Below, piece by piece: positions 13,718-24,456 of a stretch of DNA of 64,000 nucleotides (position 1 is the first letter of the stretch; each line of letters begins with the position of its first letter). This DNA is from Octopus sinensis. Taxonomy: Eukaryota. The notes below the pieces were generated by a model, which saw only the letters and a program-made list of their open reading frames with translations, made no database searches and was not told the DNA's origin. The DNA is taken from assembly GCF_006345805.1 (NCBI RefSeq), contig NC_043005.1:59396001-59460000 (forward strand). The letters run 5' to 3'. Both the position numbers and the translations under genes were made by a program.

Positions 13718-13892
13718 GCCAACACTTTTTTTCTGCAAAATACGGATAGCTTATCTTGTTCAGGCTATATTATTAGTATTATCCTTCGTTTGAGAGTTTA
13801 AAATCTCTTCTTTAAGTTTCTAAGACAGCTCAACACTTCTAAAGCAAACTTCGTTCGTTTGTTTACGTTCATCGTAATTTGAATTTATATAT

Positions 13893-14052
13893 TATATTGT
13901 ATAAAGGATCGTGGGTAAGGCCAGAACAATGCGAAGTAAATGCAAGGCAAATCACAAAAAAAAAACATTAATTCATATATTTGTTTCTTGTGATTTACCT
14001 TGCATTTACTTCGCATTGTTTTTGTCTTACCCACGATCTTTTATACAATATA
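13893..14052. mobile_element. 160-bp inverted-repeat element (MITE-like)
   Basis: About 65-bp arms TATATTGTATAAAGGATCGTGGGTAAG...GCAAATCACAA and TTGTGATTTACC...CCCACGATCTTTTATACAATATA, with a spacer of about 25 nt and TA-rich ends. Confidence 0.7.
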
Positions 14053-14464
14053 TTCTACACAATGCTTCATAGTAATTATTTCACACACACACATACCGAA
14101 GATGTGGCAGGGAGAATAGTAGAGTGGTTGAAAATACACACACACACACACAAACACACCCACACATATATATATATATTATTTAATGCATCCGTCTCTT
14201 TTATGGTGTTAAAGTGTTTCCAGTGCACCTCGGCTGCTGTATTAGCATTTCAAGTGACCACGTAGATAGACTGAGCATATTGTTCTTTTTATTGTTGTTA
14301 TTAGTGTTGTTTATCACTTGACCGGCCAATCAAAGACATTTGAGCTATGACCATTTTTTTTGTATATCATGAACTATATTGTCTGAAATATTTAAGGTTA
14401 TACTATGTAATTTGAAGGAGGGTTGACTGCTATTTCTAACATGTAGAACTACTATACAGAAAAT

Positions 14465-14720
14465 GTGGAGGGATGTGGCTTAGTGGTTAGGGTGTTGAAC
14501 TCATGAACATAAGATTGCGGTTTCGATTCCTGAACCGGGTTACGCGTTGTGTCCTTGACCAAAACACTTCATTTCACATTACTCCAGTCTACCCAGCTGG
14601 CAAAAATGAGGAATTCTGCGATGGACCTGCGTCCCGTCTAAGTGGGGAAATTATACGCCATGGAAATTGGGAAACTAGGTCTTATGAGTCGGCAAGACCC
14701 GAAAAGGTTACCTTCACCTT
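14465..14720 (+). mobile_element. Family B SINE
   Basis: GTGGCTTAGTGGTTAGGGTG...GGTTTCGATTCCTGAACCGG...GCGTTGTGTCCTTGACCAAAACACTTCATTTCAC...CCAGTCTACCCAGCTGG. Confidence 0.85.
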
Positions 14721-16429
14721 CACTAAACAGAAAGGTTATTTCGTGATAGTCGTGCTTGAACATTGTTCAAACAGTTCTGTGATCAAATACATTCTAATTA
14801 TAACAATCTTGTTCAGTCAAGGGTTTATGTAGGACTGAATAATTTAGCATCCTTCCCTTTCTGTAAGATACCACTGAGATGTGGTTTCAGTGAACTTTGG
14901 CTGAGTTGAATTATTTCTCAGTTACCCCATGCATGCACTAACTTCGATGCTTATATTCATGAGTTGTAGCTTCGTACTGTACTTATTTACTTCTGAAAGA
15001 GGAGGATTTGCCTTTGAGATTCCAGTGATTTTGTTACCAACAGTAACGTAAACTAGCCTCCTTTCGGGCTAATGCATTTCTTGGTTTCATATTAAGAGCG
15101 ATAATTAAGGATGTATCAGTTGTTTAAGAGACATTGTACGGTACCTTGAGGGATATAAAGACTTCCAAGTTTTGACATGTTACACAGATTTACGGATGAG
15201 TTAGTTTTACAAATTAACGTTATGGAGTTTATCCAACTAATGCTATTTGTGTGCTGATATTTCAGAGTTATTCAGCTGGATCTGCCATCTTGCTCTTGTT
15301 GATAAGATGTTTATTAATCCGCATATTCCCAGAGCTGTCCTTAGGAAATCTTTTATTAGTTTTACCGAATGCATGATCGAACACACTAGATCTCATAATA
15401 TCTTACTAACTCTCATGAAGTCCTCACTCTACATGTGATATTGCCAAAACTATAAGGGTCAGAGAATACTCCAAACTTAGTTGTGGGCCAACAGCAAAGC
15501 ATTGGAATATTGCTCACATATCTAGTATGTATCTAGCATCTAGTATGATACACGTAATGCTAACACAAATGTTTTAGACTATATTCCCTCTCAAAAGAAA
15601 ATCATTGCACTTATTGTACAAAATTAATTCATCAGCACGCTAACTTTGTTTTACATCTCTTCTCTCAACTATTCTACCAATATTACTTAACCTCTGCTTT
15701 ATTGAACAAAAAAAAGTGTATATCACCTCGACTAAAACTTGCTGCACCTCTTTCTCGGTTTGTTGTCGTTTCTACTGCCTACCAACAAGAGATACTGCTC
15801 TAAATAATCTAACAAATTTATCCTATTTTTTGGATATTTATCCTATTTTTTCACTACCAATGTTTTCCTCTAGATGTCAACGTACAAAATTTTAAACCGA
15901 ACACTAAATACATGGCTCATACCCGTTTAAGGGGAGGTGAATTACAGTGTTATTAGGGAGTGTGAAAAATATTTAGAATTATTTGTTCCAGCTCTGTTTG
16001 CTTAAATTTTAAATCTTACCAAGGTAAACTACTCGTTTGAACCTTTCGGTGGATCAATAGATTAAGTTTCTGATTACGGATGGTAAAGTGGTAGAATTAT
16101 TACAGTATTGAATAAAATGCCTTCCATATTTATTCCAGCACTTTAGTTGAACCTACTGACGCCAGAATTTCTTTTTTATTTTTACTTGTTGTAGTTATTA
16201 AACTGCAGCAATGCTGGGGTACCAACTTGAAAACTTTTTTGTCGATAGTTCTTGGGTAAATAGTTTGAATCCTTTTAACACTCATCAGTCATTGGATGTG
16301 TAAGCAGTGCGGAATCTATTACAGGCAGTCGAGTCAGGCTTTCAGTTTGTGAAAAAAACCTTCTTCCTTTTATCCATCATTTTCAGAGATCCTGAAATAA
16401 AGGGCCTCGGTGAATGCTGTTCCATTCCT

Positions 16430-17513
16430 GACTAAACGGTAAAAAAGTAAAATAAATAAAGTCTAAACTAATTAATAAAATGATATTTTGGAATCAATTT
16501 GTTTGTGACGTTATGTCCTTATATGAGAAACAATTGTATGTCCGTGTATTAGTTTTACAAGACAGAAAATACTACTCAAAAACTTAGCAGGTGAAAACCA
16601 AAATTCGCTTCTTAACTTACAAAGTCTGAATGTAGTTTTAAAATGTGTGAGAAATAACAGATTTTCGTGTATCAACAACCTGGATCAAATTGAAAGCGCT
16701 TGTGAGGAGTGAAGAATACACTACAATAAAGCCGCAAATAATAATAGACTTGAACACAAGATTCAGACATTTCAGGAATATATCGGCTCAAATATTCTAC
16801 TAGTCTATAATATATCGAGTAAAGTTTGACGGAAGAGAAAGACGATAAAAGGCCAGATTTGAAATGAGATCATGGCATGGTATGTTGACCGTCACTATAC
16901 ATTTTTATTTAATCTTTACCAAGAAGAGAAGAAGATAAATGGAACTTTGTAACATATGAAAAAACCAAGAGACGGAAAGTAAAATCGTAAAATTCAAGCA
17001 TATCATAAGGGTAAGGTTGCCTACGGATATGTATTCTGAAAATATAAAGGCCATTTTAGTTGACAAAGATACATACAAGAGATTGAGAGACTTGTGCGGA
17101 GACAAAATTGACCCAGCCGGAGTGTCGGTGGAGTTCGACGAACTGCCACCCGCAGTTGAACTCAAAGACGTGGAACCTTACATGAGATATTAAAATGCGA
17201 AACAAGAGTAAGTAAACTTGTTTTGTTGAAAGAAAAAGGAAAAAAAAAAGAAAGAAAAAAGTAAAGGTGTTTCGAAGAAAATAAAAAAAAAGATGATTAA
17301 GAAAAAAACAATTGAAAAATAGAACGATTGTAAATAGCGTGTATAAACGTTCAAATGGTACTGCATGGGAGTGAGGCCCATGCAGCCATTTCATTTTTCC
17401 CATTTTTATATAACATTCATTCTCATTCGTTTTGTTTTATATCCCCACTGTGGTCTTTTCTGTCCTTGTGGTGTCCCCTCTGTGTTTGGGGCTTTATGCC
17501 CTGATAAAGAAAT
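16430..17513 (+). mobile_element. Putative 3' end of a LINE: decayed ORF terminus, A-rich 3'UTR and SINE-like tail
   Basis: 77-codon open frame at 16960-17193 ending ...KRLRDLCGDKIDPAGVSVEFDELPPAVELKDVEPYMRY*. The terminal 58 nt (17456-17513) match the family A SINE tail. The 5' boundary is uncertain. Confidence 0.5.
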
Positions 17514-18434
17514 CCATACATTTTTATTTAATCTTTCACATTTAGATCAGCAAATAATAATAAAAAACAAAACGAAGAAGTATATGGAGAGAAAGACAAA
17601 GAACATTTTTTTGTTCCTATTGCACTCAATGTGGATTTTTATGCCTGAACGATAAGCTGGTCAGACATTGGTTTGAGAATAATTCAACGTTTTATAATTA
17701 TGAACTCTAATATCTTGGGATTTATACACCCTCCACACACACACACAAATTACATACACGCATATGAACAACCTCACGATTTCTTTCTTACTCATTCCGC
17801 TTAATAACAAGAGCCCGAGAATTTAGGTTATTCCCTTCTCCATCATTCGAGGATCTCGAATGAATTTATGAACTCTTGCATTAAACTATAAATACCGAGT
17901 CTACTCTTAATAACCGTTTCGTCATATTCAATATTTTCCATTTTTCTTTCCTTATAGCTAAACTTTAATTATCCAATACTTGTCTGCAATAATCCCACGG
18001 GTGAGATCGAACCAGGTGGAACAGCAATTTTGGAATGGATTTTCTCTCCTCTGGAAAGTAAAACATATGCAGTAAGTGAACTTAAATATTTAATATCTAA
18101 ATGCCATTATTTGTCAACCGATAAAATGATTAAATTGTTGTCCATGCTTCAGATAAAATATTTTAAAAAATCCTAGCCTTTTGAGGCATAAATATGTATT
18201 TCATTAAAGTATGCATACACTAAAATCGAAATGGAGACGTTCGTAAACTGTCAAACCAGCAATGGGAGACTTGACGTTGATGTAGTACGTAGGAAAAAAA
18301 GTCACGCATGGAGATACAGTTGAATTACAGCTATCGAATATTATCTGATATCACAATTTCGAGAAGTAGAATTAAATGCTCGATCATAAGTCGCATATTT
18401 ATTATACACTTCATTGTTCAGATTTATTACGATC

Positions 18435-19520
18435 GGGATTCGGACAAAAGCCCCCCTAGGACAAAACCCCCTAGGACAAAAGCCCCATAGTTGAAGTGTG
18501 AAAGTGGATAAAAGACCCTCGGACAAAAGCCCCACTGTCATATTTTTTGTTATTTGTTTTTCTTTTTACTTGTTGCAGTCATTAGTCTGTGGCCATGCTG
18601 GGGCACCACCTTGAGGAATTTTTAGTCGAATGTATCGATCGCAGGATATTTTTTAATGATAGTCAAATCTCTTGAAAATCCTTTTTACTTGATTTTCAAC
18701 CAGCACAATAAGTTCAGCCTAGAAGTCTCTCCATATGCTAGAAATAACAGCCAAATCTTTTTTAAAAATATTTTTATAATTTCACATAAGCAAAAACGGA
18801 AATTGCGGTTATAAAAAAAAATTATTTTCCAAAATTCCAATTTTTAAGTAAACAAAATATATTCAATCGGAAATAATTAAGTAGCATAGAATAACAGAAC
18901 AAAAGACTCTTTACGACTAATGTACATATTGTCTGAATTCTAACAAAAGGGAAAGCATTTACTTCAAGAAATGTGTAGGAACATAAAAACGATACGAAGT
19001 ACGCTTGAATGACTAGCTCTCGGCGCCATAATTCTGTTAGACCTTCAACGGCCGGAGAAAGTTCAAAAGGTCAGCTCATTCTCGTAAGTACTGAGGGAAG
19101 AAAACAAAAGATTTTAAATTAAAATTTTTCTATCCTGATTTTTCTGCGACTAAAAATTCTTTAGGGCGGTGCCCCAGCATGGCAGCCTTTTAATAATTGC
19201 AACAAGTAAAAATAAAAATAAAAATTGGCGTCGATACATTCGACTAAAACTTCTTCGAGGTGGTGCTCCGGCATGGCCTCCGTCTAATAGCTGCAACAAG
19301 TAAAAATAATAAAAACAACTTCTGGTGTCGATACGTTCAACTGAAACCAGTGCCCCAGCATGACCACAGTCTAATGACTGAGATACTTAAAGATGAAAAA
19401 AAAACCCCGAAAAATATAACCGTGGGCTTTTATCCACTTTCACATTTTAACTATGGGGCTTTTGTTCGAGGCACATTCGCCCGTGGGTCTATTGTCTTAG
19501 AGGACTTTTGTCCTAATCTC
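18435..19520. mobile_element. Non-autonomous MULE-like DNA transposon with about 110-bp TIRs
   Basis: Ends GGGATTCGGACAAAAGCCCC and GGACTTTTGTCCTAATCTC, subterminal GGACAAAAGCCCC repeats, and a degenerate 9-bp TSD ATTACGATC / ATTGCTATC (7/9 match). Contains family D SINE fragments. Confidence 0.72.
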
Positions 19521-19624
19521 ATTGCTATCACTTCAAAAGGTGTGTACGTAGATCTTTTGCTTTACTAGTGTATTTCAAAGGAAAGGTTAACAGACTGCAC
19601 AATCTATGCCAATAAATATAAATA

Positions 19625-20026
19625 TCTTCTTTATATATAAAAGTGAGGTTGTGTGCTGTCTGTCTCCTACGATTTAGATTCCTAACTACTCCCACATTTT
19701 GCGGTGCAGTTTAACCAAAACCGGGTATCTTCTAGTCGTGATTCATATCGAGCCTTTCTGGGTATTAGCGCGCGTCTACGATGAGTCTACGATTTTAAAA
19801 TAATTTACCATCAATTTTTCCCATTTTTAATGCATTTTTGGCATATATAAGGGGAGTAACTCTCTAAAAATTTATTATCAAATTTCAGAACGTAAAAAGC
19901 TACAGTAACAACCCCCCCCCCTTGTGGTTAGCCATATTGAGATGGCTATTATACTTTACATCTCTAAAAATGCTTATATAGTTATTTCCCTTACAAACCC
20001 CGAGCAACGCCGGGCGATACTGCTAG
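19625..20026 (+). mobile_element. Non-autonomous Helitron (402 bp)
   Basis: 5' TC start (TCTTCTTTATATATAAAAG), 3' hairpin CCCGAGCAACGCCGGG followed by CTAG, inserted between A (19624) and T (20027), no TSD. Confidence 0.88.
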
Positions 20027-20623
20027 TAATATATATAATAATATTACTCTCAGATTTGTTTATGCTCTCTACGCAATATATTCAAATCCTGCCAAGACCA
20101 TCTTTATTCTCCATCCTTTCGAGATCGCTAAAGAATATGTAGCAACTTAAAACGCCAGATTTAATTCGTCACCTACTTTAAAACCACTTTCTGGCTCAAG
20201 CTCTTCATTTTGAGCATGCCCTTTTCCTCTCCCTAGTCTCATGGACACTTCAAACTTATATAAAATGTACCTTCCCACTTGACTTAAAACATTAACAAAA
20301 ATGGCTGAAATGATTGTTTCAATGAACGGCAATCACAAAGCTTACTAAGCTTTCACTATCATGTTATACTTGCGTTTATAATATACCTGCTCGCAATGCT
20401 TTATCGTTTCGTTTTCTCTGTTACTTCTCTTCTAAAACGACTGCATAGATATAGTAATGAACAGCGACAGAAATTGCTTGCAATTTCTGCCTACTCGCTC
20501 GTTTCTCACCAGCTTTGTGTGGTTGCTACCAATACATATTCTCTGAGTCAGACTGCGTAAATATCAGTCAATATATATTCTAGCTTAAAGTAACTTGTAC
20601 CCCAAAGCTTAATTTAAAACTGA

Positions 20624-20664
<41 letters not shown>

Positions 20665-21121
20665 TTTCTAACGTAGAATTAATTTATAATCCCTATGATC
20701 AGTAACAATTTTTCTCGAACATACATTGCCAAATCGACAGCAGATGCTATATTCTGTATATTAAATGATTTACAAACTGTGTGGACAAAAGAAAATAGTA
20801 TTTCTGAACGCACCGATGAGATAAGACATAACGTATCTTCAAATAATAGACCTTCTCGCTAAATATTATGATATTCACGCAGTTTCATTGCAAGGCTACA
20901 AATACTTTTGTATACAGAAACTTGGTCGAAGCTTTATAAATGATATACATCATCAAGTGGATATGGTGTCTGATTATCAGTACATAGTTTGTTTGTTTCA
21001 TCGACGTATAATAATAATTTAGATTGTCTCTCTGAAGTACAATGCGCTTTCATCAGTATCGGCAATAGTTACTTGTTCAACAAATGTAACTGATACTGAT
21101 TAATATTTCCCAAAGCAACAG

Positions 21122-21152
<31 letters not shown>

Positions 21153-21188
21153 CAGCGCACACACACACGTTCAGACGCAGAATAGACG

Positions 21189-21240
<52 letters not shown>

Positions 21241-21359
21241 CATATAATGTCTGTCCTTCATATCTTTCCTACAGTCTCTTTCTTCTATCACTTTCTCTCC
21301 TATAAAAGAGAAATGCGCCATTTGTACGGTCTGTGTGCTCGTTTATATGTGTAAGTTTA

Positions 21360-21389
21360 TGTTTGAACATATAAGAATTTATTTATATA

Positions 21390-21429
<40 letters not shown>

Positions 21430-21435
21430 CATATT

Positions 21436-21467
<32 letters not shown>

Positions 21468-21506
21468 CATCCATATATATATGTATACTATATATATGGA
21501 TATATT

Positions 21507-21543
<37 letters not shown>

Positions 21544-21620
21544 CATATTTATATACATATATATATATATATACACATACATCCATATATATGTATACTA
21601 TATATATGGATATATTCATA

Positions 21621-21651
<31 letters not shown>

Positions 21652-21819
21652 CATATTTATATACATATATATATACACACATCTATATATATATGTATAC
21701 TATATATATGGATATATTCATATATATATATATATATATATATGTATAATATATATGAATATATTCATATATATATATATGTATACTATATATGGATATA
21801 TTCATATATATATATATAT
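21360..21819. repeat. TA-derived minisatellite (unit about GTATACTATATATGGATATATTCATATATAT)
   Basis: The unit recurs several times. The same array resumes at 25584-26060 on the other side of the LINE. Confidence 0.85.
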
Positions 21820-21825
21820 CTATAG

Positions 21826-22843
21826 ATTTTCTATTTCTAGGGATTCGACACTTAGATTTGTTTGCAGATCTTAATGGGGTGTGTCTTGCACATATGTTCG
21901 TGATGGTGTCTACAAGTGACTGCCAGGACTTTTTGATGTTAGTGGGTGTGTATGTGTGCGTGAAGGACCAATCGACTTGTGCAAGATCATTATTGATCGC
22001 TTCCCAGTTTGCATTGTGGAAATCCATAGTGTCAAATGGATGAACAGGAGGATAACATTTGTTTTGCATTTTGGCCAGTGAAATCTCAGATCACAGAGAA
22101 CCATGTCATGGTCGGAGAGTAGGGTTTTCTCCACTGCAATATTGTGGATAGTATCAGTGTGATTGCTGAAAATTAAGTCTAAGACGTTTTTGTGACATCT
22201 CGTTGGTTCGAGTACCAGTTGGGACAAGAAGAAGTCATCCATGAAGTCAAGAAGCGATTCCACTGCCTCCCTGTCAGGGGTTGAGAGAGAAGAACCTGGC
22301 GGCAGACTGTTTGTAGACCAGTCAACCCGGGAAGGTTGAAATCTCCCATCATTAAAATGTTGTCAGGTTGACACTGCTGAATGAAACACTTTATGCTGTT
22401 GAGGCATTCCTTGAAGCATGGTAGGGGCGTTTGGGGTGGTCTGTAGAGCCCAACTACTGTTAAGTTGTTGGTTTGACTGAATACAGCGACTGCTTCGCAG
22501 TATCCATTCGAAAATATGTTCATGGCTTCTGTGAGAATGAATCATGGACATAAATGGCAGTCCCACCCTTTCTTCTGCCAACACGATCAGCACGAATGGT
22601 TTTGAAATTTTTAACTTTCACCTCGGCTTCCAAGTGGAGGTCACTAAGATGGGTTTCAGTGAGGACGAAGAAAGGGATGTGGTTTGGATGGGCCTCGACC
22701 CAGTCCTCCAGGAATCTTATCTTCCATTTTTGTGTATTGGTGGAAGGGCTGATGCCTTGGGCATTAAGCAGAAATGTTGAGGCGAGAGTGGATGGTTTTA
22801 ATTGTTTTGGTGATTTGTTTATTTGATTGCTTTTTAATGGCAT
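21826..22843 (-). pseudogene. LINE ORF2 N-terminus: apurinic-like endonuclease with three frameshifts
   Basis: Motifs LLNAQG, LTETHL, RADR..RKGGTAIYV, GLYRPP, MGDFNLP, PTR..NVLDLIF and SDHDMV, spread over ORFs 22520-22843, 22179-22523, 21910-22263 and 21683-22069. Confidence 0.92.
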
Positions 22844-24001
22844 GTGTAGTGGGGTAATAGTGGTGGATGGCGGTGGGTGATAGCTCGGATGTTTTTTTCC
22901 AGTTCTTTTGCTAGATTCATTATAGCTAAAAAAGAGGAAGAAGAGGTGGTTTCCTGTCTAGGGAACCGCAGGTGACTGTGGCCGCGGCTATTTTTATGTG
23001 AGTGGTTATCTTTAAATGTCCGACGAGTCCCCGGGAGATGGGTAAAGGGGCAATCCCTGTGCAAACACAATCTGTCTCGCTGGGAATAGCGGCAGATTTG
23101 GGGATTCCTTGTTTGAGATATTGGTGGTTGTGGTGATGTTGTATTATGGTGGTTGCTGTTGTAGTTTGTGGGGATAGAGCGTTTTGTTCCAGGTAAATGG
23201 GTGAATTTGCAGTCTCTATCAGTGCACAGTCTATGGCGAAGAGAATATCGGCAAATGATGGGGTTTCGAGTGGGTGTGTAGGTGCATGTGTGTGTGTGAG
23301 CTGTGAAAGGTGTAGATGATAGTTTGTTGAAGTTTTGGCGACCTTTGTGACCTGTAGGAGGTAAATTCCTTGAGATAGCATTAGTAGTAGTAGCTGTAGT
23401 AGTAGTAGTAGTAGGTAGAAGAGATGTTGACAGTGGTAATGATTGAGGAGGTCGATTCCAAGACAAAGATGTTTGTCGATATATAGTGGGAGTAGTACTA
23501 GTAGTAGTAAGCAGAGGAGATGGTGTTGACAATGATGATGATTGAGCTGCTGGGGCAGTGAAAGGAAGGGGTGGTGCTTCCTGCTGTGTGACCCTGATGA
23601 CTGGGGGGTCAATCGTTTCATTTAGCAAATCGGCCATTGTAGATGAATCAAGGAGTGGTTCATCCTGTTGTTGTTGTTGAGGTTGTTGTTGTTGCCTCTG
23701 AGGTTGTTGCTGCTGAAGTTGTTGTTGTTGCTGTAGCTGTTGTTGTTGTTGTTGAGGTTGTTGTTGTTCTCAGTTTATCAAAGTGTTTATTTATTAATTT
23801 AAAAGCAACTTCCATTTGTTTTAATTTATTTTGGATCAGCTGTTCAGATCGAGTTTGCAAATGGTGAACTGTTCGTTTAGCAATTTCGTTCAGACACGAA
23901 GCACCTATGCTCTCTGTTTCGGTAAGGCCATGCCATGTGTTGATAAGAACGTCGACTTCATTATCAGACCAGTTTTTGTTGGATTTTTGGTGGCAAGCCA
24001 T
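22834..24001 (-). pseudogene. LINE ORF1, about 390 aa if one frameshift near 23771 is repaired: Myb/SANT-like domain, polyQ, low-complexity linker, two CCCH zinc fingers
   Basis: N-terminus NWSDNEVDVLINTW...EIAKR...RSEQLIQNKLKQM. The Q frame is open from 23769 to 22834. Two C-x8-C-x4-C-x3-H motifs at 23196-23253 and 23038-23094. The stop overlaps the ORF2 ATG (ATGCCATTAA). Confidence 0.75.
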
Positions 24002-24456
24002 TCTGGTTGATATGTTTTATTAAATTTTATTTTGTTCGTTCGTTTTGTTGATTACTTTTAATTATTATTATTATTTTTTTTTTTTTTTAAGGAGAAGTAT
24101 GTAGAATTGATTGTACAGAATGTTTGTTGTAATACTGAGAAGTTTGTATTTGAATTATGAGCTTGTAGTTATTTTATCTTTCTTTTCTTTTCTTTTTTTT
24201 TTTTCCCTCTTTTTCTAATTTTTAATGTGTGGGTGATCCTTTAGTTATCAGAAGGTGTTTGAAAATATTTGGTCGTTTGAAAATTATGAAAATAGTTTGT
24301 GGTTAAGGAAAAGTCTACTCACGAGTTGGGAAAAAGCGTGGTTTCAAATATACAGGAATATATGTGATGGTCAATTACGACGAATGTAGCTGTGAAGCTT
24401 GCTGCTGACCGGCGCAGAGAGGAGTAAAAACACGTCTTATCGTCTCAGCTTACAAT

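Larger units (their letters stand above)
21826..24456 (-). mobile_element. 5' half of a CR1-group LINE (5'UTR, ORF1, AP endonuclease), inverted relative to its 3' half
   Basis: About 455-nt leader, ORF1 at 24001-22834 and an overlapping ORF2 start at 22843 with APE motifs. Truncated after RIPRNRK. Confidence 0.9.

Noticed and set aside
14730-15530. Possible decayed LINE sequence (similar blocks at about 35250-36000 and 39000-39650)
   Set aside because: Only scattered motif-like words, not enough to assign a family or strand confidently.
23660-24001. 113-aa ORF ending in poly-Thr as a stand-alone gene
   Set aside because: Codon variation favours the poly-Gln frame, which runs into the 267-aa ORF. 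Treated as a frameshifted LINE ORF1.
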